Origin: an uncultured Clostridium sp.
GTDB taxonomy: Bacteria > Bacillota > Clostridia > TANB77 > CAG-508
Reading direction: 5' to 3'
Length of the DNA stretch: 40,853 nt
Assembly (NCBI GenBank): GCA_900555085.1
Contig: USJU01000001.1
Span: forward strand, 1-40,853
Shown: in pieces, positions 28,886 to 37,381 of the stretch
Layout: each line of letters starts with the position of its first letter
Numbering within the stretch: the stretch's first letter is position 1
Made by a program: the position numbers and the translations under genes
The notes under the pieces: generated by a model
Database searches by the model: none
What the model saw: only the letters and a program-made list of their open reading frames with translations
Told to the model about the DNA's origin: nothing

Positions 28886-29929
28886 ATGAACAAATTAAAA
28901 ATTGATGAACCTATTAGTATATTTGTTTCAAAGAACGAAACACTTACACATAAAGCATTTTTATATGCAAAAACAAAATCATCTAAGCCAAAATATTATA
29001 ATCTAAAAAACATTAATACAGGTTATTTTACTATTAATACTACAACTACCACTCAGACACTTTGTACTGAACTTATTAACTTTTTAAATTGTAATTTTGA
29101 TAATTATGATGATTGTTTTATGTGGTTTACTAAGTTTTTTACTTCATACATCATATATACTGGTGAAGATGATATAAATAAATTTGAAGTAAATAAACTT
29201 TATTCTTTTAATAAAGTAAAAGAATTATTTGAAAAATATTTTGAAGAAATAAAAAATGACTCAAAACGTGGTCAAAAACTATTATCAGAATTTGTTGATT
29301 ATATATTTAACATTAATAATATTGAAGAAATTAAAGATTTTACTTCTAAAATAAGATTTTATATTTATTATAACTCTCATGCTAAAAAGCTAGATAGATT
29401 TATAAATAACTACTTTTCTATGCCACAAGGCTTTTCTTTTAGAACAATATCTGGTATTAAAGGATCCACAGAAAAAGATTTAATCAAATTCTTTAATTCT
29501 GCTCCAGATTATGATGTTGAACCAGATTATAGTTCTAGTAATGACAATATTTATGGAATTTTATATGTTACATTGTTTCAATTTGTACTTAATAATAAAT
29601 ATCTTATAAAAAAATGTAAGAATTGTGGTAAATACTTTATAATAGATAATGCACGCATTAATTACTGTAATAATTTATACAAAGGAAAACAAACTTGTAG
29701 AGATATCGGAAACCAAATTGCTCAAAGAATTAAACAAGAAAATGAGATTGTTTATGGTAAATATCGTAAGATTTATGCAAAAAAAGCAATGCTAGTAAAG
29801 CGTAATCCTGATATAGAAGTTTATAAGATTGATTATGAAAATTGGAAAAAAGAAGCTAAAGAATTTATGGATGCCATTAGATCTAATGAGAAAACTTATA
29901 AAGAATTTGATAAGTGGTTAGATAAATAG
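28886..29929 (+). CDS. hypothetical protein with a C-terminal Cys-cluster (CKNCGKYF...YC...CRD), resembling proteins seen in Firmicutes mobile elements
   Basis: 347-aa ORF with SD GGAGG upstream. A putative zinc-ribbon is followed by a basic helical tail. The family assignment (DUF6076-like) is from memory only. Confidence 0.5.
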   Translation: MNKLKIDEPISIFVSKNETLTHKAFLYAKTKSSKPKYYNLKNINTGYFTINTTTTTQTLCTELINFLNCNFDNYDDCFMWFTKFFTSYIIYTGEDDINKFEVNKLYSFNKVKELFEKYFEEIKNDSKRGQKLLSEFVDYIFNINNIEEIKDFTSKIRFYIYYNSHAKKLDRFINNYFSMPQGFSFRTISGIKGSTEKDLIKFFNSAPDYDVEPDYSSSNDNIYGILYVTLFQFVLNNKYLIKKCKNCGKYFIIDNARINYCNNLYKGKQTCRDIGNQIAQRIKQENEIVYGKYRKIYAKKAMLVKRNPDIEVYKIDYENWKKEAKEFMDAIRSNEKTYKEFDKWLDK

Positions 29930-29950
29930 TAATGATGTTGAATCATTACT
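29928..29950. terminator. bidirectional hairpin between convergent genes
   Basis: AGTAATGAT-GTTGA-ATCATTACT, a perfect 9-bp stem. Confidence 0.55.
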
Positions 29951-29952
29951 AT

Positions 29953-31656
29953 TTATCTATTACCAAAATTAATTCCAAATAAAGTGTCTTCTTGTGAAAT
30001 TCTTTGTGCTTCTTCATATTTTTTTAATACAGCTTTATTTAATTCATTTTTAACTATTTGATCATCATTAACACAGCATATATATTGAAATCTATTATTT
30101 CCTATGATTTCATTTGTTAAATTTAGAAATTTCGCTACATATTGTTTATCTGTCGATTCAAATACTACACTATCATGTATTAAAAATATTGGAAATCTAT
30201 CACTATTAAAGTCTGCTAATACTAAGTCATATACTGCAATACAACCTTTTAAATATCCACTGCTTAATTTTCTAGGTATTTCCCAATCATAATTATATCC
30301 TCTTGTAGCATAATTTCCTGTATTTTTACATTCCATAATAAGTTTAGCATCTTCATCAAAGATTTTTCTTATATATTCTTTAAACTTATTATTTATAATC
30401 TTAAAATTATTACAATTATCATTTTTTTCTAACTTTTTTATTATTGATTTTACTTTCTCTTTACAACTAGTGTCTATTTGATTTAATGCTATGTATACAT
30501 CTAATTGTTTTTCTAAATCACTTTTCTCAATTTTTAAATTAGTTATGATCTCATTTGTACTATAATAGTCATCTAAATATCCTTTTTTATCAAATTCTTT
30601 TAAAATATTTATTTTCTTTAAATTTATATCATCAATTTTTGATTCTATTTCTTTTACTTTATTTTGATCACTTTCTATTAAACTTTTTACTCTTTCATTT
30701 CTATCTTTGTTTAATTTAATATGATATTTCTGAATTTCTTCTAATGTTTTCATTTCACCATTTGTAACAAAAAATTTAGATTCTTCCAAGATCTCTCTTA
30801 TTTGTTCAATACCTAAAAGACTTTCATTGTTTATAATCTTTTTATTAGACTCTATGTAGTTTTGATAAATATATTTTTCTTTAATTAGATTTGATAATTC
30901 TGCATTTATTTTATGAATATCATTTATATTCTCTTTTTCGTTTAATGTCAGTTCAAATTTTTTAAGCTTTTCTTCATTTTCTTTTATCTCTTTATCTAAG
31001 TTTCTAATTTTACTTTTTAATGTATTTTGTTTTTCTTTTTTCCATATAATATCAGTCTCTTTTATTTCTTTTAACTTTAAGAATGACTCTCTTTCTTCAA
31101 TTAGAGCTTTTAATTCTATGATAGGTTCTATTGGTATATTCATAAGAAAAGAGTTTTTTAATTGAGTTACTATATTAGTTTCCATAGCATGTGTTTTATA
31201 TATATTATTAAATGCAAACGCCCCTCTCTTCATAAATGGTGAAATTAAATTTCTAAATGATACCTCTTCATTTTCAATTCCAAATATTAATTTGTTTAAT
31301 TTATTTTTTACCCAATCAATGGTTTTAGGTTCATCTTCTAAGACACCATCACCTAATAGATTTTCTTTATCTATAATTTTGATTTTAGTAACATTTTGAG
31401 GGGTCCTTGATAAAGTAATAGTCTTATTTTCAATTACTAAGTCAACACTAAATTCTTCTTTATTTAAGTCTTCGTATGTAGATATTTTTTCCGTACTTGA
31501 TCCAAAACAAAAATTTATTATTTGAATTAAACTAGTTTTACCAGTTCCATTATTGCTTTTTCCGTTAACAGACTCTGATACAAGAAAATTAAATCCTTCG
31601 CTAAACTCAATTGTTTTAAACGTTTTTAATGTTCGACTATATATCTTTTTAATCAA
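29953..31656 (-). CDS. ABC-3C system ABC ATPase (DUF2326/YydD-like, SMC-type with a coiled-coil insert)
   Basis: Walker A NNGTGKTS, signature-like LSSGYLKG and Walker B IFLIHDS. A long K/E/N-rich coiled-coil lies between them. It overlaps the upstream gene by 8 nt. Confidence 0.8.
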   Translation of the reverse strand: MIKKIYSRTLKTFKTIEFSEGFNFLVSESVNGKSNNGTGKTSLIQIINFCFGSSTEKISTYEDLNKEEFSVDLVIENKTITLSRTPQNVTKIKIIDKENLLGDGVLEDEPKTIDWVKNKLNKLIFGIENEEVSFRNLISPFMKRGAFAFNNIYKTHAMETNIVTQLKNSFLMNIPIEPIIELKALIEERESFLKLKEIKETDIIWKKEKQNTLKSKIRNLDKEIKENEEKLKKFELTLNEKENINDIHKINAELSNLIKEKYIYQNYIESNKKIINNESLLGIEQIREILEESKFFVTNGEMKTLEEIQKYHIKLNKDRNERVKSLIESDQNKVKEIESKIDDINLKKINILKEFDKKGYLDDYYSTNEIITNLKIEKSDLEKQLDVYIALNQIDTSCKEKVKSIIKKLEKNDNCNNFKIINNKFKEYIRKIFDEDAKLIMECKNTGNYATRGYNYDWEIPRKLSSGYLKGCIAVYDLVLADFNSDRFPIFLIHDSVVFESTDKQYVAKFLNLTNEIIGNNRFQYICCVNDDQIVKNELNKAVLKKYEEAQRISQEDTLFGINFGNR

Positions 31657-31858
31657 TCCTTATCACCCACTCATCATTTATTTCAACTTTATTTATTGCA
31701 TATAGGAACGCTAAAATAGCATCCATATCTTTAGTTTTTATATTAGTATTTTTATACAAATCTTCTACTTTTATTTTTCCATTTATTGAATTTAGCACAT
31801 CAATACTATATTTCAATAATGATTTTTCAAAAGGAACATCTTTATTTGGTAATATCAT
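31649..31858 (-). CDS. ABC-3C system middle component (69 aa)
   Basis: A small ORF translationally coupled on both sides: ATGA overlap with the HNH gene and an 8-nt overlap with the ATPase gene. Size and position match the middle component of the published ABC-3C architecture. Confidence 0.6.
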   Translation of the reverse strand: MILPNKDVPFEKSLLKYSIDVLNSINGKIKVEDLYKNTNIKTKDMDAILAFLYAINKVEINDEWVIRID

Positions 31859-32592
31859 ACTTCAAACACATCACATTCTTCAAAATAATTACATATAATA
31901 ATCCCTGCTGGGAAAACATTAGAAAAATCATTTCCTACAACTCTTCTAATTAAATTGGTAAACTTTTGTACATTACTGATATCTTTGCATTGCTCTAGTC
32001 TATATAAACTTATAATATTATGCCTTAAATCTGTTCTTTCACTTTGAGACAATGTTTCTAAAAATTCTTTAAAAATTGGTATATATCTAATATACATGTT
32101 AATTTGATCTTTTATTTCGATTAAAGTATTCTTATTTATTTTTTCTTCCACTTTTATACTATAATATTTTTCTATTATGCTTGTATGATTACATTTTTCA
32201 CTTAAATCTTTACAAATTTTTGAGAATTTGTTATATAAATCTGGATTTGCATATTCTCTGGCAATTTTAATATTATTCTCATATTCTTTTTTTATTTCCT
32301 GTAACATTTCAGTTGTGTATTTTTCACTATATTTATCTATTTTAGTATGGCAAGTTGGACATAGTAATAAAATATTAGATTCATCATTTAATTCATCTAT
32401 AGATTTATTAGGATTATATCTTTTAGTTGCTTTTTGGAGATCTTCAATATGTGCAAATTCTCCAATAAATCCCTCTTCTTCATAATATCCTATTTTTTGC
32501 TTACACATACAGCAATTTCCATCGCTTTTCATCCATGACAATTTCCTTTTAACTATTACACTTACATCAATTCTTTTTCCCAATATTATCAC
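31855..32592 (-). CDS. ABC-3C system effector: N-terminal HNH endonuclease plus a C-terminal helical coupling domain
   Basis: CCMCKQK...GEFAHIEDL...SNILLLCPTCHTKID fits the CxxC / H / N / CxxCH HNH pattern. The ORF-track start is GTG. An alternative ATG is at 32532. Confidence 0.75.
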   Translation of the reverse strand: MIILGKRIDVSVIVKRKLSWMKSDGNCCMCKQKIGYYEEEGFIGEFAHIEDLQKATKRYNPNKSIDELNDESNILLLCPTCHTKIDKYSEKYTTEMLQEIKKEYENNIKIAREYANPDLYNKFSKICKDLSEKCNHTSIIEKYYSIKVEEKINKNTLIEIKDQINMYIRYIPIFKEFLETLSQSERTDLRHNIISLYRLEQCKDISNVQKFTNLIRRVVGNDFSNVFPAGIIICNYFEECDVFEV

Positions 32593-32805
32593 CTTAACTT
32601 TTTATAATTCATCATAAAATCTCATTTTAATACGTATAAATCAAGTATTATACTATTTTTTTATTCACTTTACTAATTTTGTCGTATTATATCATATTTT
32701 CTGTAAATAATCCAGTATTTTCAAAGGATTTTAGCCTTCAAATTTTCGACATTTTTTTACATTTTATTACATTTATAAATTTTTTAAGTTTATTTTTGAA
32801 ATCTA

Positions 32806-32834
32806 TTGCAATTTGTTAACTATTGTTGTATAAT
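32806..32834 (+). promoter_or_regulatory. sigma-A-type promoter of the integrase gene with GTTAAC in the spacer
   Basis: TTGCAA (32806-32811), a 17-nt spacer containing TTGTTAAC, then TATAAT (32829-32834). A second TTGTTAAC lies at 32839-32846. Confidence 0.6.
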
Positions 32835-32903
32835 ATCTTTGTTAACTAATATATAAATACTCCTCCCACCCATAGGCATACTTAAAAGGAGGTGAAATAA
32901 GTA

Positions 32904-34097
32904 ATGGCTGGGAGCATAGAAAAAAGAGGAAAAAACAGTTACAGACTAACACTATCCGAAGGATTTGACCTAAATGGAAAACCTATGATACATAGGAAAA
33001 CGGTACACGGAACTAAAAAAGATGCAGAAGTTGAACTAGCAAAATTTGTTACTGAAGTACAAAATGGTTTAGTAATTGATGGTAAATCTCTTAAATTTTC
33101 TGAATTTACTGAAATATGGAAAAGAGATTATGGTTCAAAAGAACTTGCTCCATCAACATATAAAAGATATTGTAGAATGTTAGAAACAAGACTTTTACCA
33201 TACTTTGGACATTTTTATATTAACAAAATCAAACCAACTGACATTATGAAATTCTATGACTTACTTGAAAATGATACTCAGTTAGTTAGGAAAAAAGGTA
33301 ACAATGGTTCAAAAACAAAAAAGCCCTTATCTGGTAAAACAATTTTAGAGCATCACAGATTATTAAGAGCAATGCTTCATAAAGCAGTTTATTGGCAATT
33401 AATAGTGGCGAATCCTGCTGAACGTGTTCAACCACCTAAAGCTAGAAAACCAAAAAGAAGATCTTATGATGATGAGCAAACTAAAATATTACTAGAAAAT
33501 TTAGAACTATTATCTAGCGAAGATACTAAATACAAAGTTGCAATCATCCTTACAGTATTTACTGGTGTTCGTTTAGGCGAGTTAATGGGACTAGAATGGC
33601 AAGATGTTGATTTAAAAAAAGGTATTATCAGTATTAATCGTTCTAGTCAGTACCTGGCAGATATGGGAGTCTTCACAAAAGTTCCAAAAACAGAAAGTTC
33701 CATTAGAGAAATTGCAATACCTGAATTTATCATTTCTTTACTTGAGGAATATAAGTTATGGTATGAAGAACAAAAATCGATTTACGGCGAATTATGGACT
33801 AATTCTGATAGGTTATTTGTACAGGCGGATGGCAAACCAATGCACCCTTCTACAATTAGCAAATGGTTTGTTAAATATGTTGGTCAAATAGGATTACCTG
33901 TAATTAATTTTCACGGATTAAGACATACAAATGCAAGTTTACTAGTTGCACAAAATATTGATATAGCAGTAATTTCTGCGAGACTAGGTCATGCACAAAT
34001 AAGTACTACACTTGACTTTTATGTGCATCCACTACTTTCTCATAATAGAAAAGCTGGCTATGCACTAGAAAACTTATTATTACCAACAAGGTCTTAA
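32904..34097 (+). CDS. int: tyrosine-type site-specific recombinase / integrase
   Basis: 397 aa with an N-terminal SAM-like domain. Catalytic residues are in context: GVRLGEL (R), HGLRHTNAS (HxxR), LGHAQISTTLDFYVH (H...Y). Confidence 0.93.
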   Translation: MAGSIEKRGKNSYRLTLSEGFDLNGKPMIHRKTVHGTKKDAEVELAKFVTEVQNGLVIDGKSLKFSEFTEIWKRDYGSKELAPSTYKRYCRMLETRLLPYFGHFYINKIKPTDIMKFYDLLENDTQLVRKKGNNGSKTKKPLSGKTILEHHRLLRAMLHKAVYWQLIVANPAERVQPPKARKPKRRSYDDEQTKILLENLELLSSEDTKYKVAIILTVFTGVRLGELMGLEWQDVDLKKGIISINRSSQYLADMGVFTKVPKTESSIREIAIPEFIISLLEEYKLWYEEQKSIYGELWTNSDRLFVQADGKPMHPSTISKWFVKYVGQIGLPVINFHGLRHTNASLLVAQNIDIAVISARLGHAQISTTLDFYVHPLLSHNRKAGYALENLLLPTRS

Positions 34098-34330
34098 TTT
34101 GAACTTTTTTCTAATTTTCACAAATTACAAATTTTCACGATGTAAAAAGGTAAAAAACTTTGAGATTATATATCTCTTTCCCAAAAGTTTTTTACTATAA
34201 ATTTAAAAATTTTATTGCAATTTACATTATTAAATTATGTTAAAATTTAAAATATTTATTTATAACATTGTAATGTAAGTATAAAATTTTAATGAATTTT
34301 TATTGATATTTATGGCATTTGAGGTATTTA

Positions 34331-34362
34331 TTTTACCCAATTTTTACCCAATTTGACATAAC
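34331..34362. repeat. 32-nt arm-type repeat (right copy)
   Basis: Identical to 10633-10664. Confidence 0.65.
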
Positions 34363-34446
34363 AATGCAATCTTTGAGCATTATTGTAACCAATTTTTAGT
34401 CAATAAAAAATCACTAAAACCGTTACAGTTCTAGTGATATATTCTT

Positions 34447-34492
34447 TGGTTGCGGGGGTAAGACTCTAACTTACGACCTTCGGGTTATGAGC
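34447..34492 (-). pseudogene. orphan 3' half of a tRNA-Met(CAT)-like sequence (anticodon loop to CCA) containing the attR core
   Basis: The minus strand reads GCTCATAA-CCCGA-AGGTC-GTAAG-TTAGAGT-CTTAC-CCCCGCA-A-CCA. No matching acceptor 5' strand or D-arm lies upstream. The T-loop has A where the conserved C56 is expected. Confidence 0.6.
34477..34492. repeat. attR core (16-bp direct repeat)
   Basis: Identical to 10511-10526. Confidence 0.75.
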
Positions 34493-34496
34493 AAAG

Positions 34497-34886
34497 TTAC
34501 TTCCCATTTCTCATATACTCCTCAACTAAAGGTATTCTAGCTTTATCTTTTTCCCTACTACTATTCTTTAAATATTCATAATATCTTTCTATACTTTGAA
34601 GATTATATTTTCCGAATTTTTCTATCTTCCAATCTCCTTTTGTTTCTAAAACACATTCAATTTTATCGTTTACTATGTACCATCCGTTTGCTTTTTTCTT
34701 TAAATTATAATTATTTTTTAATTCTTCTAATCCTTTCTCTGTTACCGCAATGTCCAAATCTCCTGCATCTGGATATATACCTCTCATAACTAAAGCTCCG
34801 CTTGATAAAATCCAGTATTCATCTTTATCAAGTTTTAAACTCTCTATTAATTTTATTAATTCCTCTTTATTCATTCTTTTTTCCAT
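34497..34886 (-). CDS. small nucleotidyltransferase-fold protein
   Basis: LSSGALVMRGIYPDAGDLDIAV fits the G[SG]...DxD minimal NTase motif. 129 aa. Confidence 0.55.
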   Translation of the reverse strand: MEKRMNKEELIKLIESLKLDKDEYWILSSGALVMRGIYPDAGDLDIAVTEKGLEELKNNYNLKKKANGWYIVNDKIECVLETKGDWKIEKFGKYNLQSIERYYEYLKNSSREKDKARIPLVEEYMRNGK

Positions 34887-34962
34887 GATTTTTTCCCTTT
34901 CATTTTTCTACAATTATAGCACTAATAATAAATTATTTAAATATATTTTTATACTAAAAAAT

Positions 34963-34984
34963 AAGCAGGATTTTATTCCTGCTT
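34963..34984. terminator. hairpin terminator adjacent to a gene remnant
   Basis: AAGCAGGA-TTTTAT-TCCTGCTT with T-runs on both sides. Confidence 0.4.
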
Positions 34985-35162
34985 TAGTTTATTTTTCCTC
35001 TTATTTTTCTATACCCTAAATAACATCCTCCACCTATTGCACCTAATGTTATTATTCCTGGTGCAGGATTTGATGATGTTCCTGATGAACTTGATGCAGT
35101 ATGGATATTTTTTGTAATTTTTTATGTTGAAAATCTTTTAATATAGAATTTTACTCTTGTAC

Positions 35163-35191
35163 TTGCTTATTTTTTACATTAGTTGTAATAT
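35163..35191 (+). promoter_or_regulatory. candidate sigma-A promoter of the glmS leader
   Basis: TTGCTT (35163-35168), a 17-nt spacer, then TAATAT (35186-35191) with TG just upstream. Confidence 0.4.
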
Positions 35192-35256
35192 AATAATGTA
35201 AAAAGCTATTATACAAATAAAATATTTTAAAAGGAGGTTTAGTTTATTTAATTTAT

Positions 35257-35380
35257 TAAGCGCCAGGACAATTTTTTATTGTTGACGAGGTTAGAACTTA
35301 TCGAATTTTTCGGCGGATGGTTCTATGGTTTGGCTAAGATCATTAAGTATTAACAAAAACTAGTAGCAATACTAAAACAA
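35257..35380 (+). ncRNA. glmS ribozyme (GlcN6P-dependent self-cleaving riboswitch)
   Basis: AGCGCCAGGAC...GUUGACGAGG...UUAUCGAAUUUUUCGGCGGAUG...AUCAUUAAG matches the conserved glmS ribozyme core. It lies directly upstream of glmS. Confidence 0.88.
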
Positions 35381-35442
35381 ATTTAATACTATTTAGCTTT
35401 TATTTGTGTGCTTTTTTAATAAAAATTTAAGGAGGTACGCTT

Positions 35443-37266
35443 ATGTGCGGTATTGTTGGTTACAATGGTAACAAAAAAGCTTGTCCAATTTTAATTAATG
35501 GACTAAAAAAATTAGAATACAGAGGTTATGATTCTGCTGGTATTTCTGTTATGGAAAGCAATAATATTATTATAAAAAAAGATAAAGGCAGAGTTGCAAA
35601 CCTTGAAAATATAGAAGGAATTGAATCTTTAAATGGAACCCTTGGAATTGCTCATACAAGATGGGCAACACATGGAAAACCTTCTAAAGAAAATGCTCAT
35701 CCTCATATGGATAATAGTAAAACTTTTTCTGTTGTTCACAATGGAATTATTGAGAATTATAAGGAATTAAGAGATTTTTTAGAGAGTAAAAATTATACTT
35801 TTTATTCTGATACAGATACGGAAACTATTCCAAATTTAATTCATTATTATTACGAAAAAGAAAACAATTTTCTAAAAGCTGTTAATTTAGCTTGTAAAGA
35901 TTTAAAAGGAAGCTATGCTTTAGAAGTTATAAACAAGAATAATCCAGATACATTAATAGTAACAAGAAAAGATAGCCCTTTAGTAATAGGTACAAAAAAA
36001 GATGAAACTTTTATATCATCTGACATCCCTGCATTAATATCTTTTACAAATAATTTCTATTTTTTAAATGATAAAGAATATGCAGTTATTACAAAAGGTA
36101 ATATAGAATTTTATGATTTTGATTTAAACAAATTAACAAAAAAATCTGAAAGTGTAGAGCTTGCAGCAGATAGTGCTGATAAAGGTAAATTTGAAGATTA
36201 TATGTTAAAAGAAATTTTTGAACAACCAAAAGCTATTAGAGAAACTATAGGAACATCTTTAAACGGTAACTCTATCACATTTGATGGTTTGAGCTTGGAT
36301 AAAAATTTTTTAAGAACTATAAATCAAATTTATATAGTAGCTTGTGGAACTGCAATGCATGCTGGTCTTGCTGTTAAAGCAAACTTTGAACATTTTTTAA
36401 ATGTACCAGTTTGTGTAGATGTTGCTTCAGAGTTTAGATATAGAGATCCTTTAATTAATGAAAAAACTCTTTGTATTTATATAAGTCAATCTGGAGAAAC
36501 AGCTGATACTATTGCAGCTCTTAAACTTGCAAAATCTAAAAATGCAAAAACAATTGCAGTAACAAATGTAATTGAAAGTTCTATAACAAGAGAAGCAGAT
36601 TATTTTATATATACACACGCAGGTCCAGAAATTGCTGTTGCATCTACAAAAGCATATACATCTCAAGTTGTTTTATTAAATATTATGGCATTATATTTTG
36701 CAGAAATATTAGAAAGCATATCAAGTGAAAAAATAAAAGAATTAAAAAATGAATTATTATCTTTACCAGAAAAAGCAGAAAAAGTCTTGAAAAGTTCAAA
36801 AGATTTACAAGAATTTGCACAAAAAATATATAAAGAAAAAGATGTATTTTTCATTGGAAGAGGAATAGATTATCCTGTTTCTATGGAAGCTTCTTTAAAA
36901 TTAAAAGAAATTTCATACATTCATTCTGAAAGCTTTGCAGCTGGAGAGTTGAAGCATGGTCCTATTGCATTAATAGAAAACGGAACTACAGTTGTAAGTA
37001 TTTTAACAGACCCTAATTTAGTAGAAAAAACAGTAAGTAATATTCAAGAAGTTATAACAAGAGGAGCAAAGAGCTTTGTTGTAACAAATCAACCTTTAGA
37101 TAAAACAAATTTTGACTTTGTAATATCTATACCACAAATAGATTCTATATATTCTCCTGTTTTATCTATAATTCCACTTCAATTACTTGCATATTATATT
37201 ACAAAAGAAAAGGGCTTAGACGTAGATAAACCACGAAACCTTGCAAAGTCAGTTACAGTTGAATAA
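35443..37266 (+). CDS. glmS: glutamine--fructose-6-phosphate aminotransferase (isomerising)
   Basis: 607 aa. It has the MCGIVGY N-terminal nucleophile, two SIS domains, and the C-terminal motif NLAKSVTVE. Confidence 0.98.
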   Translation: MCGIVGYNGNKKACPILINGLKKLEYRGYDSAGISVMESNNIIIKKDKGRVANLENIEGIESLNGTLGIAHTRWATHGKPSKENAHPHMDNSKTFSVVHNGIIENYKELRDFLESKNYTFYSDTDTETIPNLIHYYYEKENNFLKAVNLACKDLKGSYALEVINKNNPDTLIVTRKDSPLVIGTKKDETFISSDIPALISFTNNFYFLNDKEYAVITKGNIEFYDFDLNKLTKKSESVELAADSADKGKFEDYMLKEIFEQPKAIRETIGTSLNGNSITFDGLSLDKNFLRTINQIYIVACGTAMHAGLAVKANFEHFLNVPVCVDVASEFRYRDPLINEKTLCIYISQSGETADTIAALKLAKSKNAKTIAVTNVIESSITREADYFIYTHAGPEIAVASTKAYTSQVVLLNIMALYFAEILESISSEKIKELKNELLSLPEKAEKVLKSSKDLQEFAQKIYKEKDVFFIGRGIDYPVSMEASLKLKEISYIHSESFAAGELKHGPIALIENGTTVVSILTDPNLVEKTVSNIQEVITRGAKSFVVTNQPLDKTNFDFVISIPQIDSIYSPVLSIIPLQLLAYYITKEKGLDVDKPRNLAKSVTVE

Positions 37267-37278
37267 ATTTTAAATACA

Positions 37279-37306
37279 AAAAGCGACTAATATAGTCGCT
37301 TTTTTG
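37279..37306 (+). terminator. intrinsic terminator of glmS
   Basis: AGCGACTA-ATA-TAGTCGCT followed by TTTTTT. Confidence 0.75.
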
Positions 37307-37381
37307 TATTTAATTGAATTATAATATTTATTTTTGTGTATACTAAACTTAAATTAATTTTAAAGGAGAATTATTCTAATT

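Larger units (their letters stand above)
10511..34492. mobile_element. integrative element of about 24 kb (integrase + Xis-like + replication module + defence cargo), bounded by a 16-bp direct repeat
   Basis: CCTTCGGGTTATGAGC occurs at 10511-10526 and 34477-34492. A tyrosine recombinase sits next to the right end. Shared arm-type repeats lie inside both ends. The flanking genes are housekeeping genes. Confidence 0.75.

Noticed and set aside
34447-34525. A full-length tRNA-Met gene at the right junction.
   Set aside because: Only the anticodon-loop-to-CCA half is present. The sequence upstream on the minus strand (GGGAAGTAACTTT) is the stop region of the 129-aa ORF. It cannot form the acceptor, D or anticodon stems.
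34984-35118. A minus-strand reading frame encoding ...SSSSGTSSNPAPGIITLGAIGGGCYLGYRKIRGKIN, which looks like a C-terminal membrane anchor with a basic tail, followed by a hairpin terminator.
   Set aside because: There is no ATG, GTG or TTG start and no RBS within the open frame. An upstream in-frame TAA lies about 47 codons before the stop. It is most likely the 3' remnant of a deleted surface-protein gene.
35231-35237. A perfect AAGGAGG sequence upstream of the glmS ribozyme, considered as the RBS of a leader peptide.
   Set aside because: No start codon with an open frame follows at a suitable distance. It lies within the transcribed leader just 5' of the ribozyme cleavage site.
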